Shown in pieces: positions 1-12,950 of a DNA stretch of 64,000 nt. The notes beneath the pieces were generated by a model, which did no database searches, was not told where the DNA came from, and saw only the letters and a list, made by a program, of their open reading frames with translations. Position numbers and translations under genes: made by a program. The DNA is from Octopus bimaculoides (Eukaryota), in assembly GCF_001194135.2 (NCBI RefSeq), contig NC_068998.1, forward strand, positions 13,328,753-13,392,752, read 5' to 3'. Every line of letters begins with the position of its first letter. The stretch's first letter is position 1.

Positions 1-295
1 TCACTCATCACCCTTTACACACACCCACTCACACACACATTCACACACACAAACACACACAGACATACACACATACACCCACACACACACATACATATAC
101 ACACGCACACATACACAAACACAGACACACGCACGCATATAAACACACACATACACACACACACATACACACACACACACACATACAGACACTCACGCAC
201 ACATGCACACAGACACCCACACACACATGCACACACTCACACACACATGCACAGACACAAACACACATGCACACGCTCACACACACACACACAAA
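1..295. repeat. Compound (CA)n/(CATA)n microsatellite
   Basis: Directly visible; explains the CV/HT-repeat ORFs at the window start. Confidence 0.97.
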
Positions 296-552
296 CATCC
301 ATTTTCTTAAGTAATTCCACCTCTGCTTTCCTCACAATTTTTCTTCTGCCCCCCCCCCATCTCCCTCTCCAGCAAACTACCACACCCAGCCAAACCCGAC
401 CACCTTCCCACCCCACTAGTCAACCTAATCCCTCACCCCCTCCACCACCCCCCACTCTCAACTACTCAAAATACATTAGTTGTTTATTAGATATCTGTCA
501 GTTATGGCCAAACAAACCAGGTGCTATAGAAATTTAAAGTCTGAATGCTTCC

Positions 553-872
553 CGACCAAATGGAATGGATAACATTTTGCTTAGTCATTCAGACAAGGCC
601 TAATGTCCGACTGCATATTCCGCACGTTCCGTTTACTTCCTAGTTTACTTCGCATTTCTTACGTGGTGTAATAGATTTTCAATGATATACGCAAGCTGCA
701 AGATATCTATTACGTTTATTTACTCAGATTTATTTTTATTTTATTTTCGCAGTCTAACGACTTTACACTGGATGAGACTGGCATAAATATTAAGAACATA
801 GGTTAATTGTAACAATTTGCAGATTAAAGTGGCTTTTATTCAAACATATATTAGACACATTGAAGAATTATG
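553..872 (+). promoter_or_regulatory. CpG-enriched patch followed by a possible 5' exon (753-872)
   Basis: 11 CpGs counted in 553-760; direct repeat GTTTACTTC at 631 and 643; T-rich tract ending CGCAG (AG 751-752); ATG at 870-872 followed directly by GTAAAG. Confidence 0.25.
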
Positions 873-1424
873 GTAAAGCCTTAGTGATATGTCTAGCTTA
901 CATCAACTTCAATATTACCAACCAACAGACAAGCCTCAGTAGATTTAATTTATGTGTTGTCTTTCTTTGTTTAAATCTCTCTGATTTTATTTATTTATGT
1001 ATTTATTTATTCATTTTTATTTTATTTCCCTATTTTATATTGTATTTTCATGAACAATAGTATCTCTTGTCATGCAATATTTCAAACAGGCCAATCACAG
1101 GATCATTTCATTTGTTTTCCCAAAAGGTAAAGAGGATTGTTAGGGCAATGTCAATGGTTAGGGCAGCAGACTCATGGTCATAGGATCGTGTATATATACC
1201 TTTGTGTTTGTTCTTGTATCACTGCACGACTGGTATTGTTTTACTTTATAACCCTTGTAACTTTACAAATTCAAGAAAAGAGGCCAATAGAATAAATAAA
1301 ATAAGGTCAATTTGCTTGACTGATTCTACAGGGTTGTGCTCCAGCATGGTCGGAAACCAATGACTGAAACACACACACACACACACACACATTTATACTT
1401 ATACACACATAGGCACAAATAATT

Positions 1425-1990
1425 ATATGCATAGGTGTGGCTCTTTGGTAAGAAGCTTGCTTCCCTACCAAATGGTTCTGGGTTCAGTCCTTGTGTGTGA
1501 CACCTTGGGAAGTGTCTTCTATTATAGCTTTGGGCTGACCAAAGCCTTGTGAGTGGATTTGGCAGATAGAAACACTGAAGAAGCCCATTGGCTGTGTGGT
1601 AAGTAGCTTGCTTACCAGCCACATGGTTCCGGGTTCAGTCCCACTGTGTGGCACCTTGGGCAAGTGTCTTCTACTATAGCCTCGGGCCGACCAAAGCCTT
1701 GTGAGTGGATTTGGTAGATGGAAACTGAAAGAAGCCCATCGTATATATGTATATATATGTATATGTATGTGTGTGGATATGTTTGTGTTTGTCCCTCCAC
1801 CATCGCTTGATAACCGATGCTGGTGTGTTTACGTCCCCGTAACCTAGCGGTTCAGCAAAAGAGACTGATAGAATAAGTACTAGGCTTCCAAAGAATAAGT
1901 CCTGGGGTCGATTTGCTGGACTAAAGGCGGTGCTCCTGCATAACCACAGTCAAATAACTGAAACAAGGAAAAGAGTAAAAGAGAATATAC

Positions 1991-2024
<34 letters not shown>

Positions 2025-2250
2025 CTGTGTGTGTTTGTCTGTGTTGTCCTCACCATTGCTTGACAGCTGATGTCGATGTGTTTACGTCCCCATAACTTAG
2101 CAGTTCGGCAAAAGAGACCGATAAAACAAGTACTAGGCTTACAAAGAATAAGTCCTGCGCTTGATTTCTTCAACTAAAAACCCCTTTAAAGTGGTGCTCC
2201 AGCATGGCTGGCCGCATTCAAATAACTGAAAGAAGTAAAGGAGTAACAGA
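1425..2250 (+). mobile_element. Concatemer of tRNA-headed SINE family A (partial head, full copy, duplicated 3' half)
   Basis: A-box-like TGGCTGTGTGGT, B-box-like GGTTCAGTCCC, CORE-like GGCACCTTGGGCAAGTGTCTT, internal (TA)/(TG) microsatellite, tail GGCGGTGCTCCAGCATGGCCGCAGTC. Roughly 20 full or partial copies in the window. Confidence 0.85.
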
Positions 2251-3485
2251 AATGAATAAAGACTGCGTGTGTTAAATTAAAGAAAAATCTTTTTCATCAA
2301 AAGACAATTAAATACTAAAACATCTTGTATCTGTGAACCATAGAACAAGTTAGTTACAAGGAAATTTAAATTAATAACAGTTGACTAAGTTCTAACAAAA
2401 AAAAAGCAAAAAAGCAAAAAAAAAAAAAAAATTTCAGAGTGGATTCGAGTGGAAATATTATTTTTAACCGATACTAAATTATCTTTGACCATTTGCTGCT
2501 GAGTTAGATAATTACAACAGAAGCACTATTTTACAAAGAACACCGAGTTTTTATTTTAGAGTCAACCAGATGAAATTGTTAGAAATCTGATCTGAATCGA
2601 AAGATAAACAAAAATTCTGGAATTTGTCAACTATGTAAACTCAGAAGGTAAATTGTAAACCTGACCAAAAATTTGCGTTTGTTATTTTATTTTATTTATT
2701 TTTTTTTTTTTTGGTTTTTGTTTTTAATTCTTTTGAAACAAGGAAAAGAAGACAAATTCCAATAATATAATCATTTTAGGTTTACCAATATATGCAAATA
2801 TAGTTTTGGAGAAGATTTAAGAATAAATATTTATGAATAAATTGTACAAAATTTGGTTCCCAATATTGCAGTTACAATTACCAATTTGTAAAAATGGAAC
2901 AAATCCACCAACTTTGTTGGAGGGCATAGTTAATTAAATCAATTTCACTACCAGAATGGTATTTTTATGCTAACAATTTTTCCAAGACTATATAAGCCAA
3001 CACTTCTTTGCCTTAAGAGATAACACATCAACACTACCTTACACTACATTTTCACACCGTACATCAACAACATTTCCCAAAATCCTCATTTTACATCGTT
3101 TTTGTTTGTTTGTTTGTTTGTTTGTTTGTTTATTTTATCATGCTTGCATAGGTCTAGCGGATCATCTTCAGAACGGCATTTCATCACTTGTTTTTGGTAC
3201 ATTTTCCTGCCTTTTGCAACATTCTGACTTTTAGAATCAATTTTTGTCACTTTTTCGCCAAGCCGTTCTTGGTATTCTTCTTCTACAGGGCCCATCAACT
3301 TGGGCCACTTAGCACTTCTTCATACAACTATCAAAACACGTGCACACACACACACACTCACACACACACTCACACACACACACGAACACATGCACACACA
3401 CATCCACACACACATATTCCTCTTGATGCCTTCTGATACTGTCCCCAAAGATTCAACAATAATTGGTGCTATTTTCACCTTCTTC

Positions 3486-3518
<33 letters not shown>

Positions 3519-3679
3519 AGGTGGTATCAAAATGTTCCAGGACTCACACGTGCACCACACATAGATGCGCAACGCACATGCACACCTCACACACACGTGC
3601 AGTGCACACACATATATAAATATATATTCCATCATCATCATTTTAGCATCAACTTTCACATGCTTGTATAGGTTAGGTT

Positions 3680-4010
3680 AGCGTTTCTCAACTGGGGTTT
3701 CCTGGAACCCTAGGGGTCTGCAAAAGGTTCCTAGGGGTTCCGCAAGAAAGAGTGAGATAAGTTAACGCTAATTTCATGATCATAATATTACTATTCATGC
3801 ACAACATATTGGTTATTATAATATAGACATCATCCCATCTAACTTATGTTATCAAAAATCTATAATAGATATATGATATTTACCACGTGAACTGCGATGA
3901 AAAAATATGAGAAAGATATGGTATATAATTTTTTTTTTTGTACAGGGGTTCCTTGAGGCATGTAATTTATTTTAAGGGTTACACAAGAGCAAAAAGGTTA
4001 AAAAACACTG
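3680..4010. mobile_element. hAT-like MITE with degenerate TIRs
   Basis: Starts AGCGTTTCTCAAC and ends GGTTAAAAAACACTG, resembling CAGTGTTTCTCAA-type hAT TIRs; non-coding interior. Confidence 0.45.
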
Positions 4011-4651
4011 GGTTACGTAAATGTCACTGAGACAAATTTTCTACAGCAAATGTCCTTCTTGTTGCCAAGCATTTCTAGGCAAGATAAAATCCCCCAATGG
4101 CCTGACATGCATTTTCAGAATGCTGGAAATGAAGGATATTCATTAACAATAGTGCAACACGAAGACAAGGTCTCACACAGAGAGAGACACACACACGCGC
4201 ATGTGTACACAAACACACATGCATACATGCATGCACACATGGATAGTTAACTGTTCCATTAAGGTGGAATCAACAAAAGAAGTACTCTATCCATTGAAAG
4301 ATAAATATCATTTAATGAGCACTGTATCAATATAAGAGCTGCTAATAGTTTCTTGTCACTGAGACACGTGGTAAGGCAGATTTTCATAATGTGCCTTGTG
4401 TCTCCAAGTGCATGCAATAAAAATTTGCAGAACCATATATCTCAATGGTGAGAAACTATTTGTAGCTCTTATTTTAATAAAATGTACATTAAATGACACA
4501 AACATACATGTATGTATATGTATATATCTATATATAAATCTTTAGTTAAATATATTCAATGAGAATATTATATACTGAATTTATATTGAGTGCTCTATCG
4601 TATCAAAGTATTAATACTATTAAAGTATTTATGTATTTAATACGAGCGATT

Positions 4652-4820
4652 ATATATATTTTATAATATATTATTATTGACAAATTCAGTATTGAATGCT
4701 TTTTGTATATAGAGCAAAGTACATTGAATATATTCAGCTAAAGATTTATGTACTCTGCTCTATATACAAAGAGCACTCAATACTGAATTTGTTAATAATA
4801 ATATATTATAAAATATATAT
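4652..4820. repeat. Long palindrome: 73-bp arms, 23-nt spacer
   Basis: 4652-4724 versus reverse complement of 4748-4820 match at 69 of 73 positions by manual alignment. Confidence 0.92.
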
Positions 4821-4833
4821 CTATATATATGTA

Positions 4834-5162
4834 AAATACTCCCTTTGGTCATGAATGACCATGGCATTGCACCCAGAAAGTTACCCTCAGAGGCACAAGT
4901 CCAGGCAAGGTTGTTTATGGAAGGTCAGCAGTCACCCATGCATACCAGCCTTCCCTCTCCATGACACCGATGTTCTCCAAGGGAGAAGTAAAGGCCGATA
5001 TAGCTTGGCACCAGTGTTGTTGCAACTCATTTCTACAGCTGAGTGAACTGGAGCAACGTGAAATAAAGTGTCTTGCTCAAGAACACAACACACAGCCCAG
5101 TCTGGGACTTGTACTCATGATTGTGAGCCTGATTCTCTAACCACGGAGCTATTTGCCTTCAC
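4834..5162 (-). mobile_element. tRNA-headed SINE family B, full length
   Basis: Reverse-complement match to copies at 5253, 31915 and 63472; central GTGTTGTGTTCTTGAGCAAGACACTTTATTTCAC block. Confidence 0.85.
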
Positions 5163-5252
5163 ACACACATACACACACACACACACACACATATATATAT
5201 GTAAGATATATATATACATATGTGATATATATACATATATACATATACATAT

Positions 5253-5583
5253 GTGAAGGCACATCGCTCTGTGGTTAGAGCGTTGAGCTTACGATCATTA
5301 GGCTGTGAGTTTGATTCCCAGATTGGGCTGTGTGTTGTGTTCTTGAGCAAGACACTTTATTTCACGTTTCCCCAGTTCATTCAGCTATAGAAATGAGTTA
5401 CAATGTCACTGGTGCCAAGCTGTATCGGCCTTTGCCTTTCCCTTGGATAACATCGGTGGCATGGAGAGAGGTATGAATGGGTGACTGCAGGTCTTTCACA
5501 AGCAACATTGCCTGGACTTGTGCTTCAGAGGAGAACTTTCTAGGTGAAATCCCATGGTCATTGATGACCAAAGGCAGTCTCTT
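5253..5583 (+). mobile_element. SINE family B, full length, head-to-head with 4834-5162
   Basis: GTGAAGGC...GTGGTTAGAGCG (A box)...GAGTTTGATTCCC (B box)...TTGAGCAAGACACTTTA. Confidence 0.85.
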
Positions 5584-6499
5584 TATTAACATATGTAATG
5601 TGTGTATATACACCCAGAGATGTAGATATAAGACCTCTATACAATTTTTGTCCACCAAATTTTATTCACAACATATTGATCATTGCAATGTTACAGTTGA
5701 AAACATTTATACAACCATACAATGAGACTGAATCCAGAACTGAATGGTTGCAGACCTCTTAACCACAGCTGGCAAACCCTGCTTGTGCAGGTTTATAATC
5801 AAAGTCGTTCCAACAATGACCAACGTGTCTTACTTGCACATCTAGAATTACATTATCACACTATTTTTGAAGTGAGTGAGTGATTTGAGGGAATTTGGTT
5901 GTTATTGTAAGTAACTTCATGGAGGTTGTTGTGGGGAAGCAGTTGTAGTGTGGACCATGAAGTTACTGGACGATCAAGTTATTGGCTTGATATCAATAAC
6001 AAAAACAGCAAAAAAAAAAAAAACTTTTGTATTATATAGATTAGACTGAGATCAAATATGTAATGTTCACTGGTTGTAGTGATGGGCTGCGATGGATGGT
6101 GGTGTAATTTATAGCTTGTATACAAAAGAATATGATGTCATCCTGGGGCAAGATGAAATGTGTTCTGGCTTCACATGGATGAACTAATAAAGATAAATAA
6201 TGGTTAATGTAAATCAATGAACGGTTAGTGGAATGGTACAACGGTATGAAAATGAATAGTACAATGTATTTGGACGATGGGCATAAAGTGGCAAGATGTC
6301 GGTCAGATGTGTAATGCTATTGAAAACGGAAAACAGTATTGTAAATTGGAAATTATAAAGTTCTGGTGCCTTCCCTGCCCCCCACCCCCACCCACACATG
6401 CATACATGTATACATACATGCACAACACAGCTATTGATTACAATGCACATCAGTTCCTGCATTGGCAGAAATTTTTTAGAACATACTATTGGCAAAGCA

Positions 6500-6770
6500 G
6501 AAAGGCGGCAGCACGCTGGCAGAATCTTTAGCACGACAGAAAAATCGCTTAGCAGTGTTTCTCTCAGTTCTTCAGATCCTGAGTTCAAATGACACAAAGG
6601 TCACTTTGCTCTTTCATTCTTTCAGAGTTAATGAAATAAGAACTTGTTCAGTACCGAGGTCCATATAATTGACTAGCCCCCCCCCCCCCNNNNNNNNNNN
6701 NNNNNNNNNNNNNNGGCCACCAAATTTCAGACTTTATGCTAATAGAATTATTATTGCTACATTTCTCAGA
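6500..6770 (+). mobile_element. SINE family C, diverged
   Basis: GCTGGCAGAATCTTTAGCAC...CTGAGTTCAAAT...CTTTGCTCTTTCATTCTTTC; similar to 35478, 54527 and 59765. Confidence 0.65.
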
Positions 6771-6819
6771 GTGATCATGTATCAATATCTTTTGATCAAG
6801 AGTGGGTCATAATTAATGA

Positions 6820-7001
6820 CCGTGGATCCCGACTCTTCTCAAAATCTCAGTTTTGAGAGTGCGTCCAACTCTGCCAAGGCACTTCTGAAATTGGTTTGTC
6901 ATGGTTCTAAGTGCCCCTATAACAATAGATATAACCTTCACTCTCCTCACACCCCACAAACATACTATCTCATGTTTCAATTCTTGCTGCATATCCACTT
7001 T
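6820..7001 (-). mobile_element. R4/Dong-like non-LTR retrotransposon C-terminal fragment (restriction-like endonuclease end)
   Basis: Translation ELKHEIVCLWGVRRVKVISIVIGALRT...EILRRV resembles the LKxEIxRLW...V.PIVIGALG...ILRKVL end of R4/Dong ORFs; abuts an (AAT)n array. Confidence 0.7.
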
Positions 7002-7008
7002 ATTGTTG

Positions 7009-7044
<36 letters not shown>

Positions 7045-7384
7045 GTAATATTAATGTTATTATTATTCTGTTGTGTCTGGGGAGATTCATTCTCTTTTTG
7101 TGCCTTATAATTTATCACACTCACTGGTATAATTTCCACTTATTTCTTATTTTTATTTTCTTAAAATTTCTGTTGCGTCTTGCAACCTTTTCAATAGTCT
7201 TGACTGTCCGTTGTTTACACGAAAATATTAGGAAAATAAAAATAAGAAATAAGTGGCAATTTTACTGGTGAGCGTGTTAAATTATAAGGCACAAAAAGAA
7301 AATGACTCTCCCCAGACACATCAGAATATGCTTCAACACACAAACTCACATAAAGAATTTTGCAAACCAAATCTAAAAACGAAA

Positions 7385-7430
<46 letters not shown>

Positions 7431-7735
7431 GAGTGAGAGAGCAGTGCATGCCATCAAAGTGACACTGGAGTAAAATATACTGGGTTAAAAGTATACCCAT
7501 TATGACTGCCTGTCTGATCAGGGCACATCAGGTACATGCATCACAATCATATGTGTGCGGCATGGTAATCTCATATCAAGATAAACAGTTTGTGATCTTG
7601 CAGGTAGGACCCAGATAGAATTCTCTTCAGCTCAAGTAGCACATCTCACTAAAAAGCTCCCTGAATATGGATTGTTTAAGGATGTTGAATGAAACACCCA
7701 TGTTTCCAAAGGTGAAGTATCTAAACACCAAAGAA
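7431..7735 (-). mobile_element. Repeat family F, ending CTCTCTCACTC(AAT)n
   Basis: Reverse-complement match to about 45600-45870; (AAT)n tail at 7385-7430. Confidence 0.75.
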
Positions 7736-7854
7736 TTCTGTTGTTGTTGTTGTTGTTCTTGTTCTTCTCACAGACACTCACAGACACACACACACACACA
7801 CACACACACATGCATGCATGCATACATACATACATACATACATACATACATACA

Positions 7855-7887
<33 letters not shown>

Positions 7888-8037
7888 TATGGATTTCTTT
7901 CAGTTTCCACCTACAAGGCTTTGGCTAGCCTGAGGTTATAATAAAAGGCACTTGGCCAAAGTGTCATGCAGTGGGACTGAACCCAGAACCATGTAGTTAG
8001 GAAGCAAGTTTCTTACCACACAGCCACACCTGCACCT
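7888..8037 (-). mobile_element. SINE family A, 5' half
   Basis: Reverse-complement match to the family A head and core. Confidence 0.75.
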
Positions 8038-8834
8038 ATATATATATACATATGCATAAATTATTAAAAAAAAATTTAATTACAAGAAATCTCGTAGGTG
8101 ACAGATAAACAGTTAATTTACATCACTGAACTTCTACATTTCAATCCTCTCTCCTAAGTAATTAAGCATCATTCATTCTGGTGCTTCCACTGGGTACCAT
8201 AGTCGTTGCAATGAACCATATGGTAAGGAGATTGGTTTTAGCAGAATTCACCTCCAACTTACTAACCCTACTACCACCACCACCACCACCACCACCACCG
8301 AACAAACGAAGAAACAAGAGTGATAGCATAAGGCATCAAACTTGATACAATAAAATGGTATAAAAGTTTCCAGAACCAAGTAATGTAGTGAGATAATTTA
8401 TCTTTAAGATAGAATAATTTAATTACTTTGGGCATTTTACCAAAATGGAAATTTCTAGAAGGCACCGAAAATATCTTTCATTTAATTTTTTGGTTTGTGT
8501 ATAGTGGCAAATGTTGGTTCTAATGATTTGTTCTTCCCCTGTGTATGAGCATGTGAATAGCTCACGCACACATATACATACATATACAGGGGTGTGTGTG
8601 TATGTGTGTGTGTGTGTGTATGTACATGCATACATACATACATATATATATGTGCATGTATATGTACATATATATATGTATATGTACACACACATATACA
8701 TACACATGCATAAATCTGATATAGCTCGAATTTTCTATAGTTTGGATTCCATAATGCAAATTAGATAGAGACTAAGACATACACAAACACACACACACAG
8801 CAACATATACACTTTTATATGCACAGCAAAGTGT

Positions 8835-8877
<43 letters not shown>

Positions 8878-9125
8878 AGGCAAAATGCTAATAGGAATAT
8901 GACAATGATGATAAGGAGGAAAAGAATGATGATGATGATGATGATAAAGACAGTACAAAATTATACAGAGTAATATAAATTTGATATTTAAAATAAACCT
9001 GGAAGAGGAGGTCGACAAAACATGTTGATATTGCAGTTTTCCTTAATCGTTAGATTAAGAGACTACTTTTCCTAGACAAGTAGCTAATCTGGCATGTACA
9101 TACATACATACATACATACAAACAT

Positions 9126-9156
<31 letters not shown>

Positions 9157-9594
9157 GTATGTATGTATGCATGTATGTGAATATATATAAACAGATTGGG
9201 CCAAACGTCATGCAGACGGTAAGTTCAATATACTCTGGAATTGACAAAGACATACTTCAAATTTTGTAAAATTGAACAAAATAAATAAAATAATGATGAA
9301 TACACAAGTACTTGTTTGTACATGATGATCAAAATGAATAATAATAATAACAATAATAATAATAATACAAAGAAGAAGAAGAAGAAAAAGAGCAGTCAAA
9401 GAGCCCCAGCCTCCACCAAGTCAACGTCCTCTCAACAATTAGCCAGAGATGATTTTTAAAATGAGAATATCTGAAATAAACTCGACTGCTCTCACAAATG
9501 AGAATACTAGAAATGAACCCGACCGCTCTCAAAAATTAAGTAAAAAAGCTGGAAAAAATAATCCAGAATCCTTATCCGATACCTGATCGATCGC

Positions 9595-9890
9595 AATGGC
9601 AGTCATGGAATGTGAAGGTGGGTGTGTGGGCCATGTTTGTAATGCTGTGTGTGTGTTGTCTGCTGTGGGAACAGGGACAGTTTTCTCTATGAAGGCCCTT
9701 TTTAGTCCATCCACTGATAGAGTGTCTTTATGACCATTAATGTCTACAGTGAAAAATTTATTCGTGCCTGAAAGAAAATGGAAAGGACCTGCATACAGTG
9801 CTGCTAACGGAGGTTTAACAACATTGTTGTGCACAAAAACGTGAGTCCAAGAAGTAAAGCTGCCTTCAAGGCAGAGCTAGGAATGTAATT
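9595..9890 (-). mobile_element. Ty3/Gypsy LTR retrotransposon integrase C-terminal fragment
   Basis: THVFVHNNVVKPPLAALYAGPFHFLSGTNKFFTVDINGHKDTLSVDGLKRAF resembles the GPY/F motif region (PL.P.Y.GPF.V...K.F.I...G..D.VS.DRLK). Confidence 0.8.
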
Positions 9891-10223
9891 GTCAAGTAGG
9901 TAAGAGGTTTTAAATAGGAGCGATATATTTAAAAATTGGTAAAACTAAAAAGTGTCGAGGATAAATTAAATTTATTATTGTTACTGAATATATTAGTGTT
10001 ATTTAATTTCTGAACGTTTTTGCTACCGTTTGTTTATGTAGTTTGATTTCTGTATCCATCAGTTTCTACTAAGATAGAGATGTGAGTAAAATTGATAATA
10101 GAGAAATGAGAATAAAACTTTGGAAACAGCGACACCGCCATAACTGATGTGGAAACCATGAGTGTGTTTACAAGGGAGATTATCAGAGATCGTAATACTT
10201 TATGTAAAGTAATTATAACAAAA

Positions 10224-10413
10224 AATCCAGAATCCTTGTCTGGTACTGGATCAATCCCAAAATCTAATCAGTTTGTGTCAGTCTCAAAGCCAAACATCCC
10301 TGAAAGTTTCATCTGAATCCATCCAGCAGTTCTTGAGATATCTCGTCCATAGACAAACAAACAAACAAACAAACACGATTGAAAACAATACCTCCACCTT
10401 TGCTAAGGCAGTG

Positions 10414-10420
<7 letters not shown>
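10224..10420 (+). mobile_element. Helentron/HINE-like or other non-autonomous DNA element, 3' part; related piece at 9430-9592
   Basis: Internal (CAAA)n microsatellite, degenerate subterminal hairpin CCTCCACCTTTGCTAAGGCAGTG, 33-bp segment shared with 9560-9592. Confidence 0.35.
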
Positions 10421-10453
<33 letters not shown>

Positions 10454-12555
10454 TCAGCATCATTTAACGTTTGTTTTCCATGTTGGCACAAGTCAGTAAT
10501 TTCTGGGTAGGGTGTAAGTCGATTACTTCAACCNNNNNNNNNNNNNNNNNNNNNNNNNNNNNNNNNNNNNNNNNNNNNNNNNNNNNNNNNNNNNNNNNNN
10601 NNNNNNNNNNNNNNNNNNNNNNNNNNNNNNNNNNNNNNNNNNNNNNNNNNNNNNNNNNNNNNNNNNNNNNNNNNNNNNNNNNNNNNNNNNNNNNNNNNNN
10701 NNNNNNNNNNNNNNNNNNNNNNNNNNNNNNNNNNNNNNNNNNNNNNNNNNNNNNNNNNNNNNNNNNNNNNNNNNNNNNNNNNNNNNNNNNTATATATATA
10801 TATATATATATATGCATGTATATATACATACACACATATATATATATATATATATATATGCATATATATGTATATATATATATGTCTTATGTATACACAC
10901 ACACACATATATATATATATATACGATGGTGTTTAATATAGTATATAATGATATTTAGTACCAAATGCAATAGCAAATAGTATGTGAAAGGATGCTGTTT
11001 AATATGTGATATAATGTTGAAATATGATGGTGCTTTGCATGGGGTTAGGTATGATGGTGGTGAGTGGGAGATGTAGAATGGGTTCATAAGAAAAGTGAGC
11101 TTAGGCAGGAGTACTATACAATTAGCTCATTCCTGAGTGGTAGGGTTAATTATTTGTGTCCATGCCATTTCTGTTATATTCATAGTGAAATAAATGATTT
11201 TGCGTCACTGATAGTAAGAATAATGGATTGAAATACAACTTAGATTTTCTCTGGTCAATACGCATTCAACAGCCTATCATTTCTATAATAGCAAACTATA
11301 AACACACATGCAGATTTACTGCTCCAGTGGCATCCATTCATAAATCATTTCTCACCTGATTGTAGTCTCAGCTTCCTTGTTTATTGTCTTTTTCTACGAT
11401 TCAATTCTGAATTACATCAAGATTTGTGGTCAATATGGAAGAATTGATCCCCTAGATCTTGCAGTGAGTAACAGAACAGAGCAGATATCTTTGAGATTTC
11501 TTTCGGTATAGAAATGTTTTTGAGAAAGTAAATGAAAATAATATTGATTCCACATCTGATTCTTGTGAAACATTGGAACAAGGCTACATAGTCCTTTTGT
11601 GAGAGAGAAAACTCTATTTGAATTTTATCTTGCATGGTAACAAAATAATGAGAGATAAGACAAGCTTTAAAAGCTTTGCCTTTACAGATAAACTTTTATT
11701 TCTCCTGAAAATTATTGGTTCCGTTGTACAAAGATAATGGCTGCGATAAAAGTAATAAAAAAAAATGAATTAATGCTAAAGATAAATATTTTGTTTCAAG
11801 AAAAATAAATAGGTATGGATTAATAATTTATATGATGACAAGAAATATGTCCGCCAATGGGAAGGTTTCTATGTGGTTGCTTTACCTGCTAGAAACAGCA
11901 GCCAAATCTTCCTCAAACCATACTCAACTGTATTTAAAAATGTGCTAGTGTAAGATGTGATGGCATTTAGTATGCCATGAGATGATGTGATGTTTACTTT
12001 GGATGTGTAGTGATGTTCTATATTGAATATGATGGTATTCAGATTGTGTTAGATGTTGATGCTTAATACGTGATAGAATGGCATATTTGGTAAGACCTGT
12101 TTGGTATGTAGTACATGGAGGTGTTTAGTATTGGATGTAATGATTTTTATTAAGGGTGAGTAATATGCAACTAAATATATGAATTCTCTAAAAATATAGG
12201 AATTGTTTGAAAAAAAAAAATGATGACTGCCTAGTCAAGGTTACCCTGGGGTTACACAGCAATAAGAACAAAGCTTGCTTTTGGTTTGTAATCAAAATGC
12301 CATTTACAAGCGGATCATCATTCTCTGATTCATTTAGAAGGGCAGTAACTCTGAATAAGAAGTGACTAGGACAGTCATGATCCATCCAACCCATGCCAGC
12401 AAATAAAGGAGATGTAAAAGGATGATAAGGAGGAGGAGGAGGATTATATGTCATATCCTCTTTGATACTGTACAGTATATAATATGCAAAGCATTCCATG
12501 CCATAAAATACCTCATTATACACTACAAGCTATAGAATGCTATATCTGAATCATA

Positions 12556-12950
12556 CCGGCATGGTAAGTAGCTTGCTTACCAACCACATAGTCTCAGGTT
12601 CAGTCCCACTGTGTGGTACCTTGGGCAAGTGTCTTCTACTATAGCCTTGGGCCGACCAAAGTCTTGTGAGTGGATTTGGTAGACGGAAGCTGAAAGAAGC
12701 CCATCGTATATATGTATATGTATGTGTGTGTGTATGTTTGTGTGTCTGTGTTTGTCCCCCCAACATCGCTTGACAACCGATGCTGGTGTGTTTAGGTCCC
12801 CGCAACGTAGCAGTTCGGCAAAAGTGACCGATAGAATAAGTACTAGGCTTACAAAGAATAAGTCCTGGGGTTGATTTGATTCGACTAAAGGCGGTGCTCC
12901 AGCATGGCCGCAGTCAAATGACTGAAACAAGTAAAAGAGTAAAAGAGTAA
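12556..12950 (+). mobile_element. SINE family A, near full length
   Basis: All family A blocks present, with (GTAAAAGA)n tail. Confidence 0.9.

Noticed and set aside
3086-3298. Protein-looking minus ORF (GPVEEEYQERLGEKV...) ending near CTGAAGATGATCC
   Set aside because: No convincing splice sites or recognisable homology; the CUGAAGA lacks stem II and GAAA, so it is not a hammerhead either.
11369-11460. Possible plus-strand exon ending at a perfect GTGAGT donor (SLFIVFFYDSILNYIKICGQYGRIDPLDLA)
   Set aside because: Weak acceptor context and no recognisable homology; within chance expectation for 64 kb.
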